The notes beneath the pieces are model-generated. The model was not told the DNA's origin. It was given only the letters and a program-made list of their open reading frames with translations, and did no database searches. A program made the position numbers and the translations under genes. From an uncultured Nitrososphaerota archaeon (GTDB lineage: Archaea; Thermoproteota; Nitrososphaeria; Nitrososphaerales; Gagatemarchaeaceae), in assembly GCA_963703285.1 (NCBI GenBank), contig OY969807.1, positions 1,664,001 to 1,728,000 on the forward strand: a stretch of 64,000 nucleotides of DNA. The letters run 5' to 3'. Positions 20,009 to 29,017 of this stretch are shown here, piece by piece. Every line of letters begins with the position of its first letter. Position 1 is the first letter of the stretch.

Positions 20009-21300
20009 TTATAGAAGTACGCAGGCGTATCCTTGAACGAGTAGTGGACGTCCTGGTGCGACTTGCGCAGCCTCCGGACGCGCCGCTTGACCTCTGCCCC
20101 GTCCTCCGAGCCCAGAGCCAGGTGAAGGATGTCTGCCACCTCGCGCATCTCGTCCTTCTTCATTCCCAGCCTAGTTAACTCAGAGACACCCAACCTTACG
20201 CCGCCAGGGTTCGTGTAGTGCCTCCCCGCCTGCAGGTCGCCGGGCAGCAGCTGCCTGTTAGCTATTATGTTCATGGATTCGAGCTTCTTCTCGACCAGCC
20301 CCCCATCCCCATATCGGGTCACGTCGAGGGCGACCTGGTGGGATTTGGTGAAGCCTGCCTTCTCCCCGATCACGACCTCGCCGAGTTCCGAGAGCCGTTC
20401 GGCGAGGGCCAGGGCGTTCCCCGTGACGTCCCTCGCGTAAGCTCGACCGTATTGCAGGAACTCCGCGAACGTCATCGCCTTGGCGGCGACGTTGTGGAGG
20501 TGGTGGTTGCTGGAGGTTCCCGGGAAGACGGCCTTCTTCAAGCTCTCGCCGTACTGCGCCTTCGCCACGATGGCGCCCCCCTGAGGACCGAAGAGGGTTT
20601 TGTGCGTGCTGAAGGTCATCAGGTCGGCTCCTTCACGGAGAGGGTCCTGGAACTGCCTTCCCGCGATGAGGCCCGCGACGTGCGCAGCGTCATAGCACGG
20701 GACGGCTCCGGCGTCCCTGATGGCCTCGCTCAGTTCGCGCACAGGCTGCGGGAAGAGGAGGAGGCTCCCTCCAAACATGACTATCTTCAGCTTCCCTCCG
20801 GCCTTGAGAGCCCTCAGTTTCTTCTTGGTCTCATCGACATCGATGTTCATGCTCTCCCTGTCGAACGAGAAGTACTCTATCTGCAGACCGTGCACCAGGC
20901 CGGCCGTACCTGAGAAATCCTTCTTCGCGGCGGAGACGTGACCACCGTTGGGGATGGAAAGGGCCATCAAGGTGTCGTTGGGGTCGGAGAGCGCGGAGTA
21001 GAGGGCGAGGTTCGCGCAGGCTCCTGAGACGGGCCTGACATCGACGAATTCCGCCCTGAAGAGCTTCTTGGCCAGATCGATGGCGAGCAGCTCGATTTGG
21101 TCGATGTATCTGCAACCGGCATACACCCTCTCGCCCGGCCATCCTTCGGCGTACCGCTGCCCAAGGTCGGAGGAAAGAACCTCCCTGACTCCGCGCGAGG
21201 CAACGTTCTCGCTTGCGACGAGCGGGAGGCTCTCGGAGAACCACCTCTCATGGTCGTTCACCAGACGAGCGATTTTCCTGAAATCAGAGGCATAGGACAT
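19975..21300 (-). CDS. glyA: Serine hydroxymethyltransferase
   Basis: LVASEN, RYAEG, YDAAH, STHKTLFGPQGG. Confidence 0.97.
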   Translation of the reverse strand: MSYASDFRKIARLVNDHERWFSESLPLVASENVASRGVREVLSSDLGQRYAEGWPGERVYAGCRYIDQIELLAIDLAKKLFRAEFVDVRPVSGACANLALYSALSDPNDTLMALSIPNGGHVSAAKKDFSGTAGLVHGLQIEYFSFDRESMNIDVDETKKKLRALKAGGKLKIVMFGGSLLLFPQPVRELSEAIRDAGAVPCYDAAHVAGLIAGRQFQDPLREGADLMTFSTHKTLFGPQGGAIVAKAQYGESLKKAVFPGTSSNHHLHNVAAKAMTFAEFLQYGRAYARDVTGNALALAERLSELGEVVIGEKAGFTKSHQVALDVTRYGDGGLVEKKLESMNIIANRQLLPGDLQAGRHYTNPGGVRLGVSELTRLGMKKDEMREVADILHLALGSEDGAEVKRRVRRLRKSHQDVHYSFKDTPAYFYNQAGLKSVSSS

Positions 21301-21420
21301 AGGGTCCCTCCAACCCCAATTTCGCTAATTATGTCTTTGCGGAAGGGATGGTAAATTTTCTGCACAACGTATTTAGAAGGGTCCTGCGACCACCGGAACG
21401 AGCGTAGGGAGCGACCAACA

Positions 21421-21585
21421 ATGAGCAACAAGAAGAAGAACGCGCCGATGCCCGCATCCAGCGCAGGTCTACTGCGCTTCTTCGAAGACGAGACTGAAGG
21501 AGTGAAGATAGCGCCGCAGTTCGTGCTGGGCGCGTGCATGGCTCTGATCATCGGCTCCATAATAATCAATCTGCTCTTCAGGTAG
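21421..21585 (+). CDS. secG: Preprotein translocase subunit Sec61beta
   Basis: Hand-translated MSNKKKNAPMPASSAGLLRFFEDETEGVKIAP followed by a TM helix. Confidence 0.92.
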   Translation: MSNKKKNAPMPASSAGLLRFFEDETEGVKIAPQFVLGACMALIIGSIIINLLFR

Positions 21586-21591
21586 GTCCAA

Positions 21592-23340
21592 CTGTACGGG
21601 GAATCAACGGACCAGCTAGCACGGAGATACAGACATCTCTTCATCCTGCCTTCGTTCGCCGTCTCCTTCCTGATGGTCGTCGGCGCGAGCGCGGCTCTTA
21701 TGGGGCTGACATATCTCGCCAGACAGACTTCGCCGGCCGTCGCTGCCGCTGGGGTCCTGGCCCCGCTCGTCGCAGGATTCCTGGCGGCTGGCCTGATCCG
21801 AATCATCGATCATAGGTCAATCGCGTCCTCCAGGAGGCTCTTCGGTCTGTTCTTCGTGTCCACAGTGATCTGGATCGTACCCTTGGTAATCGGGCTGGTC
21901 GCAGCTGACTTTGGGCTGACCAGCGCGGGCATCAACGAGTTCGTGTTCGGAGCGTTCCTAGCGTGGGGGTTCGAAACCATCGTAATCAACGGAGCCTTCA
22001 TCGCCAGCTCCCCCACGAGCCTGGCGCTAGGCGCGATACACCCCATCCCAATCCTGCTCATCGTGCTGTCCGCTACGGGGCACCTGTACCTCTACCCGGC
22101 CGTGACCGGGTTGCTGGCCATGGCGCTGATGATGGCATTCCTGCTCAGGCTCGAGGGCCTGAAGACAAGGCGCGGGGTGCCTGCATTGCGGCTCCTTCGG
22201 GCCTTCCTCAAGACCTGGGTGGGTCACAATCCCGAAGACCTTGAAGGATACTTCTCGAGCTACGCAAACAAGGAACGAGTGGCCACCGACGTCATGGTGG
22301 CAGAAGGCGGGCAGAACAAGGTCGTCTTCGTGCTACCAGGCGTACACCCAGGTCCCTTCTACCCTGTGGGGAGTTACAACCTCTCAGAACTAATCTACCG
22401 CGCCCTCGCCGACGAGGGGGCAAGTCCGGTCGTGCTTCACGGGACGGGCGGGCACGAGAGGAACACGCCGGCAAACAGCCAGGCTGCGTCATATGCCGCC
22501 GAGATTTCAGGCTTCGTCAGCTCCCTCAACGCTTCCGAGCGCATGATGAGGGGCCCCGTGTACGACAAAATCGGGATAACCAACATAACCTCCATGGCGT
22601 TCGGAAAAGGAATCCTGTCAATCCTCTCCAACTCGCCCTTTCTCTCCGACGATCTCGATCCAAAGACCATAACCGAAGCCTCGGACGTAGCGTCGAAGCT
22701 CGGGTTCACCCTCTCCATGATCGACGCCCACAACTCGGTGGACGGCGAAAGTCGCCCCCAGACGCAGATAACAAAAGACGCCTGGGAGGCCATGTTCACG
22801 AGGCTCTTGGCGCTTCCGGAGAGGGCGTTCAGCATCGGCTTCGCGAGCTCGACCAAGACAAACCTGAAGCTAGGTCCCGATGTCAGCGAAGGTGGAATCA
22901 ACGTCGCCCTCTTCTCCACCCAGGAGTCCAAGAACGCGCTCGTGTGTGCGGACTCCAACAACGCGGTGTCATGTCTGCGGGAAAGAATCGCGGAGGCACT
23001 TGGGAAGGATGGGATAGGGTTCCTCGAACTTTGCACCTCTGACACTCATAGTTCGGCGGCGCGGGGCCTTACGGACAGAGGCTACCTAGCGCTGGGCGAA
23101 GGCACCGGGATGGACGCTGTGATAGAAGCGGTAAGCAAGCTCGCCGGCATAGCGGAGAGCAACATCGCTCCCTGTGACTTCGTTCTCGCCCGGTTCGAGA
23201 CCGAGACGCCCCTCATCGGCTCGGAATCGCTCGACGAGTTTGCAGGACTGACCAAGAACGCGATATCATATTCCAAGACCTACGCGAAGCTGCTCGGCCT
23301 GACCATCGTCGTTCTGGCTGCCATAACACTCTTTTACTGA
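21592..23340 (+). CDS. DUF2070 family membrane protein
   Basis: HPGPF, H..GGHE, DAHNS, DSNN, TSDTH motifs; frame is open upstream of ATG 21673 (LARRYRHLFILP), so CTG 21592 is taken as start. Confidence 0.85.
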   Translation: MYGESTDQLARRYRHLFILPSFAVSFLMVVGASAALMGLTYLARQTSPAVAAAGVLAPLVAGFLAAGLIRIIDHRSIASSRRLFGLFFVSTVIWIVPLVIGLVAADFGLTSAGINEFVFGAFLAWGFETIVINGAFIASSPTSLALGAIHPIPILLIVLSATGHLYLYPAVTGLLAMALMMAFLLRLEGLKTRRGVPALRLLRAFLKTWVGHNPEDLEGYFSSYANKERVATDVMVAEGGQNKVVFVLPGVHPGPFYPVGSYNLSELIYRALADEGASPVVLHGTGGHERNTPANSQAASYAAEISGFVSSLNASERMMRGPVYDKIGITNITSMAFGKGILSILSNSPFLSDDLDPKTITEASDVASKLGFTLSMIDAHNSVDGESRPQTQITKDAWEAMFTRLLALPERAFSIGFASSTKTNLKLGPDVSEGGINVALFSTQESKNALVCADSNNAVSCLRERIAEALGKDGIGFLELCTSDTHSSAARGLTDRGYLALGEGTGMDAVIEAVSKLAGIAESNIAPCDFVLARFETETPLIGSESLDEFAGLTKNAISYSKTYAKLLGLTIVVLAAITLFY

Positions 23341-23360
23341 AGACGGCCGAGTCGAGCTCG

Positions 23361-23975
23361 TTGAATCGCAAGGGGCGAATAGTCGCGATAGAGGGAATAG
23401 ATGCCGTAGGAAAGCAAACACAGAGCCTCCTCTTGCAGACGTGGCTGAAGAACCAGGGCCGTAACGCAGCGTCACTCTCCTTCCCCGATTACGGGACCCA
23501 GATTGGGAAGGAGATCAGGTCCTTCCTGGCTGGCAAGAGAGACTACGGAGCCGAGGTAAGGCACATGCTTTTCGCGGCCAACAGGTGGGAGAAGGTGCCA
23601 TTGATCAGGGAGTTCCAAACCGAGAACGAAGTAGTCATCGTCAACAGGTACACCGAATCGAACCTAGCCTACGGCGTCGCGAACGGGCTGCGCCTCGAAT
23701 GGCTGGTCGCGCTGGAGGAAGGCATGCCGAAATCAGACTTGGTGATAGTCCTCGACGCCCCATCCGCCAGCCTAATCTCGAGGAGGCGCGGCCCGAAGGA
23801 TTCCTACGAGAAGGACCGGAGGCTGCAGGCACGCGTCCAGACGTCCTACAGGGAGCTCGCGACGGAGTTTGGCTGGGTAATCATCGACGGGTCTAGGAGC
23901 GTGAAATCGGTGCACAACTCGATAGTGGAAGTCGTGACTGACAGCATCGGGAAACCACGGGGAGCGAGAGCATGA
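23361..23975 (+). CDS. tmk: Thymidylate kinase
   Basis: IEGIDAVGKQTQ, FPDY, LFAANRWE, NRYTESNLAY. Confidence 0.95.
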   Translation: MNRKGRIVAIEGIDAVGKQTQSLLLQTWLKNQGRNAASLSFPDYGTQIGKEIRSFLAGKRDYGAEVRHMLFAANRWEKVPLIREFQTENEVVIVNRYTESNLAYGVANGLRLEWLVALEEGMPKSDLVIVLDAPSASLISRRRGPKDSYEKDRRLQARVQTSYRELATEFGWVIIDGSRSVKSVHNSIVEVVTDSIGKPRGARA

Positions 23976-25264
23976 CCCTCCGATACGTGGCAGAGATCAG
24001 GGACCCAGTGCACGGGTACATCAGAATCACCCAAGTGGAACGCGCCGTGATAGATTCGCCTTTCGTTCAGAGGCTGAGGAGGATTCACCAGTTGGCCGGC
24101 GCGTACATGGTCTACCCCGGCGGGGTCCACAGCAGATTCGAGCACGTGTTGGGAACGATGCACGTGGCGGGACTGATAGCGGAGTCGATCGCTGACAAGG
24201 TGGACCTCGACGAAGGACAGATACAGGAACTCAGGCTCGCCGCTCTCTTGCACGACGTGGGCCACGGACCGTTCTCGCATCTCTTCGAGGAGGTGCTCAC
24301 CGAAAAGACCGGCCTCACTCACGAGGACATGTCCCAGCGGATAGTCATCGAATCAGACATCAAGGGGATACTCGAGAAACAGGGGATATCCTCGAAAGAG
24401 ATGTCACAGCTCTGCGTCGGGAAGAAGAAGGCCCAGCCCTTCATGAACGAGGTGATAGCCGGCGGCCTGAGTGCCGACATCATGGACTACTTGCTCAGAG
24501 ACTCATACTTCACAGGTGTCGAGTACGGCAAGGTGGACATCCGTCGCGTGATCGACTCGCTTGACGTGATGGACGGCCACATGGTCCTCGACCAGGCCGC
24601 TCTGTACGCCTTCGAGGCCCTCCTCATCGCCAGATACGAGATGTTCAAGGCGGTCTACTTCCACAGGACCGTCAGGGCGGCGGAATTGATGCTCGCTCAC
24701 TCGATGGCCCTAGCCGACGAAGAGCTCGGACTCACAGACGTCTCAAGGATTGACAACTATCTGAAGCTGACCGACGAGGTGGTCGTCTATCGTCTCACCT
24801 CTCTTCGCCTCAAGAACCAGAGGCTACGGCTCGCACGAAAACTGGCCGAGAACTACAACAACAGAAAGCTCGTAAAATGCGTCTTTGAGAGGGTGATGCA
24901 GCGAAAGGACCGCGTCGTCGAGAGGATCTTCAGCCAAAAGAGGTTCAGGAACAAGCTCATCGAGGACATAGCCAGAGAGGCGAAGGTGGAGCCCGCCGAC
25001 GTCTACGTAGACGTCCCGACGACCCCCTCGGTGCCCCACACATATACGAGGGAGGCCTTTAACTCAATCACGCTCGTCTCGAACGACTTCAGCGGGAAGC
25101 ACACCGAGAAAATCTCGATCACGGAGCTCCCTCTGGTGGGGTCCATCACTGGCTTCACCGACGTCCTCCGAGTCTACTCCGTCCCGGACCACAGGGATAA
25201 GGTCGCGCGAGCGGTCCAGACGATATTCGGGAGGGAGGATTTCACTTCCCGGGTCTCTCTCTAA
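23972..25264 (+). CDS. HD-domain phosphohydrolase (SAMHD1/dGTPase-like)
   Basis: IRDPVHG, QRLRRIHQL, HSRFEH, LLHDVGHGPFSH, DYLLRD, VYFH. Confidence 0.92.
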   Translation: MTLRYVAEIRDPVHGYIRITQVERAVIDSPFVQRLRRIHQLAGAYMVYPGGVHSRFEHVLGTMHVAGLIAESIADKVDLDEGQIQELRLAALLHDVGHGPFSHLFEEVLTEKTGLTHEDMSQRIVIESDIKGILEKQGISSKEMSQLCVGKKKAQPFMNEVIAGGLSADIMDYLLRDSYFTGVEYGKVDIRRVIDSLDVMDGHMVLDQAALYAFEALLIARYEMFKAVYFHRTVRAAELMLAHSMALADEELGLTDVSRIDNYLKLTDEVVVYRLTSLRLKNQRLRLARKLAENYNNRKLVKCVFERVMQRKDRVVERIFSQKRFRNKLIEDIAREAKVEPADVYVDVPTTPSVPHTYTREAFNSITLVSNDFSGKHTEKISITELPLVGSITGFTDVLRVYSVPDHRDKVARAVQTIFGREDFTSRVSL

Positions 25265-25304
25265 CCTTGGTTTGCCCTAAAATACCCTGCCAGACTGCAA
25301 ACGC

Positions 25305-27164
25305 GTGGAAATCAACGAACTGTTCCCATACGCCTCCTTCAGGGAAGGACAGCGAGACCTCACAAGCTCGGTATACGAGGCTTGCAAAGACGGGAACAGA
25401 CTCGTCATCGAAGCAATGAGCGGCTTTGGGAAGACGGCCCCCGTTCTCACCGGGTCCGTCCTCGCGGCCGAGGAGGACGACAGCCGCGTGATTTACGCCT
25501 GCAGGACAAAGAGGCAGGTCTTCAGGGTGATGGAGGAGCTGGAGCGAATGCAGAGGAAGATCCCCCTGCGCACCACTTACCTGTTCTCCAAGAACGACTA
25601 CTGCCTGCTGAAGGAGACGTCCAAGTTCCCCGTCAGCCAGGAGTCCTTCAAGTGGTACTGCAGCTTCAACGTCACGAACAACCTCTGCTCCTACTTCCTG
25701 AACCTGAGCCTGGTGAGCAAGGAGGTCGATTCACTCGTGAGAGACTTCGGCTCTTCGGTGCGCCCCCACTCGAGCTTCCTTGAGACGTGCAGGGCCACCC
25801 ACGTCTGCCCCTACGAAGTCGCCCGTCTCGCCATAAGCAGCTCAAGGGTGCTGGTCACCACCTACCACTACCTCTTCGACGACGCGTCGAGATCAATCCT
25901 TCTGAACGGCGCTCGCTGGAGCCCTTCCGAGACGATCGTCGTCATAGACGAGGCACACAACCTCAGAGATTTCATGAGAGACTCATCCACCACCGAGCTT
26001 TCCTTTGCGGACATCGAACTCGCCTTGAGAGACTCTCGCGAACTCTACTTGGAACGGATCGAGAAATCCCTCGCCGAAATTCTGGAGTCAATCCGCGATT
26101 TCTGCGCCAGGGACGCGTCTTGGTACGTGGACAAGAACCGGTTTGTGGAGGGGATGGCCGGGTCGCACGACGCGACCTGGCTGCCAAACATCGCGTTCGA
26201 GCTCTCGACCTGCTCGGGTGTGGCATGGCAATCGATTGCGACGGGAAAGAACCTTCCAACCTCGATCACGCGAGTAGGCGACTTCCTGCGGGACCTTCTC
26301 TCCTCGATAGCGTTGGAGAAGACAATCCTTGCGAAGTCTGACAGAGCGCTGTTTCTCGTAAACACGGACACGTCAAACAGATTCCTCAGCTGCGTGCAGG
26401 GTTACAAGAGCCTGGTGTTGCTCTCTGCTACGATAAACCCCAGTGAGCTGTTCCTGAAGTCAATCGGCCTGGATGAGCGCACGCGGGTCCACAAGGTCAA
26501 TCCAGGCCGGACATTTCGAGTCAGGACGGTCATCGACGTAGGAGTCAGCACGCGTTTCAAGCTGCGAACGCCCGAGATGTTCCGCAGGATGTCAGACAAG
26601 ATAGCGGCGATATGCAACGCCGTCCAGGGAGGCGTAGGCATCTTCGCCCCCTCGTACGGGGTCCTCGAGTCGCTCCGGCCCCTCCTATTGAATCTGGGGA
26701 ACCGAAACCTATTGACCGAGTCTCGCAGCCTTGGCAACGTCGAGGCGGACGAGATGATGGAATCATTCAAGTCGAGTCCCGGTTCCATACTCCTCGCCGT
26801 CCAAGGAGCGCGCTTCTCAGAAGGAGAGGACTTCCCTGGGGAACAGATGGCCGCGTCCGTCATCGTAGGTCTCTCTCTACCTCCACCTTCCCCCACGATG
26901 TACGCAGAATACATCAGGTCCGGTTTCAGCAAGCACGACGCCTACCTGGTCATATCTTTGCTCCCCGCCGTGAGGAAGGCAATCCAATCAGCAGGGAGGC
27001 ACATGCGAAGCCCCGACAAGCGGGGGCTGGTCTTCCTACTTGACTCGAGATTCCACGACCAAGAGGTAATCGAGATGCTCCCGCATTGGCTCAAACAGGA
27101 CCTTCACGAAGGTGACTTCAAGCCCCTCGAAGTCGAACGAATCGTGAAGGAGTTCGCAATCTGA
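25305..27164 (+). CDS. XPD/Rad3-related Fe-S DNA helicase
   Basis: FPY..FREGQ, SGFGKT, Cys ligands ending in CPYE, DEAHN, SATI, QSAGR.MR. Confidence 0.92.
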   Translation: MEINELFPYASFREGQRDLTSSVYEACKDGNRLVIEAMSGFGKTAPVLTGSVLAAEEDDSRVIYACRTKRQVFRVMEELERMQRKIPLRTTYLFSKNDYCLLKETSKFPVSQESFKWYCSFNVTNNLCSYFLNLSLVSKEVDSLVRDFGSSVRPHSSFLETCRATHVCPYEVARLAISSSRVLVTTYHYLFDDASRSILLNGARWSPSETIVVIDEAHNLRDFMRDSSTTELSFADIELALRDSRELYLERIEKSLAEILESIRDFCARDASWYVDKNRFVEGMAGSHDATWLPNIAFELSTCSGVAWQSIATGKNLPTSITRVGDFLRDLLSSIALEKTILAKSDRALFLVNTDTSNRFLSCVQGYKSLVLLSATINPSELFLKSIGLDERTRVHKVNPGRTFRVRTVIDVGVSTRFKLRTPEMFRRMSDKIAAICNAVQGGVGIFAPSYGVLESLRPLLLNLGNRNLLTESRSLGNVEADEMMESFKSSPGSILLAVQGARFSEGEDFPGEQMAASVIVGLSLPPPSPTMYAEYIRSGFSKHDAYLVISLLPAVRKAIQSAGRHMRSPDKRGLVFLLDSRFHDQEVIEMLPHWLKQDLHEGDFKPLEVERIVKEFAI

Positions 27165-27779
27165 CTAATTCGAACGTCGGTTGGGGGAGGTGCCCTTTCG
27201 AAAGGCTATCCTCTCCGCTGCACGCTGGTCCTTTGTCAGACCCTTGGACCTTATCCTGTTGATGGTCGTTCCCCTCTCATCGACGACCTCGACCCTGGCC
27301 TCAGGAAGTTGCTCCGTCATCGTCCTGATTATCCTCCTCGAAAGCTTCGGAGCTCCGTCTCCCACCTTGATTATGACTTCGGCGTGAGGTATGTTGCGCA
27401 CCAGGCTGACCACCTTCCACTGGAGCAGGTCGGGCGAGTTGACAGTGAATGAGCCCAGGGCGGAACCCCCATAGATGACCACGACCCCTATCCTCAAACC
27501 CGGATCCACGCCCACGAGGATGACCTGCCTGTCCTCTCTCAGGGTCTTCGACAGTATCTGCCCTTCCATGATCAGGGGGTTCTCGTCCAAGTCCTCTATC
27601 GGTATTGATACGACGCTGAAAAGCCCGAGCTCGTTCTTGGTTGTTATTATCGGCTCGGGGACCACATCGGCCACCTGGGAAGGCGTCAAGCTTACGAAAC
27701 TCAGGTTGGTCTCCTTCAACCTAGATAGAATCGAGTAGTATGCCCTGCTATCGGAGGTTGCGACGCCAACAACCTTCAT
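27165..27779 (-). CDS. Hypothetical protein with RNase H-like fold
   Basis: VGVDPG..IG, IKVGDG, VDERGTT, D..AA..IA. Confidence 0.75.
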   Translation of the reverse strand: MKVVGVATSDSRAYYSILSRLKETNLSFVSLTPSQVADVVPEPIITTKNELGLFSVVSIPIEDLDENPLIMEGQILSKTLREDRQVILVGVDPGLRIGVVVIYGGSALGSFTVNSPDLLQWKVVSLVRNIPHAEVIIKVGDGAPKLSRRIIRTMTEQLPEARVEVVDERGTTINRIRSKGLTKDQRAAERIAFRKGTSPNRRSN

Positions 27780-27805
27780 ATCTTCTGCCGGAACGCTCGC
27801 TCCTA

Positions 27806-28423
27806 ATGAGCGTTCCTACCTCTAGGCAGGCGTTCGCCTTCCTCGCTCCGCTCAGGAGGAAGACTTCGGTCTTCATCGCGCAGAACAGGAGGGGAAACTT
27901 AGAGGTCGCCCGTTTCCTTCTAGGGTGTCTCGCGGCATCCAGGAAGCGCACGGTCATATTCGATACGAGCGCCTTCTACGGCGCCAACATCAGAGACCTT
28001 GCCGAGTCCTTGCCGAAGGACTTCCTCCAGCGGTCGGTGCTAGTCACTCCGCAGGACGACCAAAATCTGGAAGATTCGATAACGGACGTGCTGAGCATGA
28101 AGACGGATGCAATCCTGATCGACGACCTCAACTCCCTGCACTATCTCCTCTCTTCGAATACGCCGAAATCAGGGATTCACGAACTGTTCACCCTGCTTCG
28201 GATCCTCTCCTACTACGCAAGGATCAACAACGTGTCCGTCCTCGGAACGGTCTACAGGTCGGAGAGAGAGCCTGCGGCCGAAAGAGGGACGAGGCGGTCG
28301 CTCTCCGCCGCCGCCGATTTGCAGATTTCCACCGACGTCCGTGGCGACCAGCTCACGTTCAGGTGCAACGAGATAAAGAGCTGGCCGAACAACAAGTTCA
28401 GCGCGCGGTTTACTTCTGAGTGA
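27806..28423 (+). CDS. Degenerate RecA-like P-loop protein
   Basis: VIFDT, ILIDDLNSL, SLSAAADLQI; Walker A degenerate. Confidence 0.6.
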   Translation: MSVPTSRQAFAFLAPLRRKTSVFIAQNRRGNLEVARFLLGCLAASRKRTVIFDTSAFYGANIRDLAESLPKDFLQRSVLVTPQDDQNLEDSITDVLSMKTDAILIDDLNSLHYLLSSNTPKSGIHELFTLLRILSYYARINNVSVLGTVYRSEREPAAERGTRRSLSAAADLQISTDVRGDQLTFRCNEIKSWPNNKFSARFTSE

Positions 28424-28805
28424 GCACGTAGTATCCCATGTACACAGCTATCGCGATGAGCACCAGCCCGATACCGAGCAAGAAGTTGACCATCCTCGGC
28501 TTGGTGGTCTGCCTCCCGCTGAGGTATGACATGTATATGCCCACCGCCCCTATGATGATGGTGAGGGCGTCGACTCCGGTCTCAGTTGCCGACTGCGCGC
28601 CTGTTGACGGGAATATCACATAGCCGAAATTGACAGGTTGAATCACTGCGCTGACCAACCCCGCCGTCATCAGGACTATCCCCAAGACGTAGAGTACCTG
28701 CATCCATTCGGTCTTGATTTCGGAGACCAGTCCGCTCTTGCCGGTGGCCTTGTCCAGTCTCCTCCAGACCGCATTCAGGTGGGAATCGACCCAACTTCTT
28801 ATCAT
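28410..28805 (-). CDS. Three-TM protein resembling the OST3/OST6/OSTC (DC2) membrane domain
   Basis: IFPSTGAQSATE..L...GAVG...FLLGIGLVLI...K pattern recalls the OSTC Q...E motif and TM layout. Confidence 0.55.
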   Translation of the reverse strand: MIRSWVDSHLNAVWRRLDKATGKSGLVSEIKTEWMQVLYVLGIVLMTAGLVSAVIQPVNFGYVIFPSTGAQSATETGVDALTIIIGAVGIYMSYLSGRQTTKPRMVNFLLGIGLVLIAIAVYMGYYVLTQK

Positions 28806-29017
28806 TGGCTGGTCTCCTCCAAGTTGATCACTTCTTTTATCCACTGACCCGTCTCGTCAAGAGCTTTAACTCTATTCAAGTAATCTTTCCACGACATGCC
28901 GGAATAGGCTTCCTGCCAGCTCGAATATGCCCTTTTAAGCGCATCTCTCGCCTCCGAGTGATGGCCGCAGAGGTCGCCGTCTGTCCTAGCTTCTCTCTTG
29001 CACACTCTGCACTGCAT
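28802..29017 (-). CDS. Small Zn-binding hypothetical protein coupled to topA
   Basis: MQCRVC...LCGHH...W..AY...W..YL...ETGQWIKEV. Confidence 0.75.
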   Translation of the reverse strand: MQCRVCKREARTDGDLCGHHSEARDALKRAYSSWQEAYSGMSWKDYLNRVKALDETGQWIKEVINLEETSQ

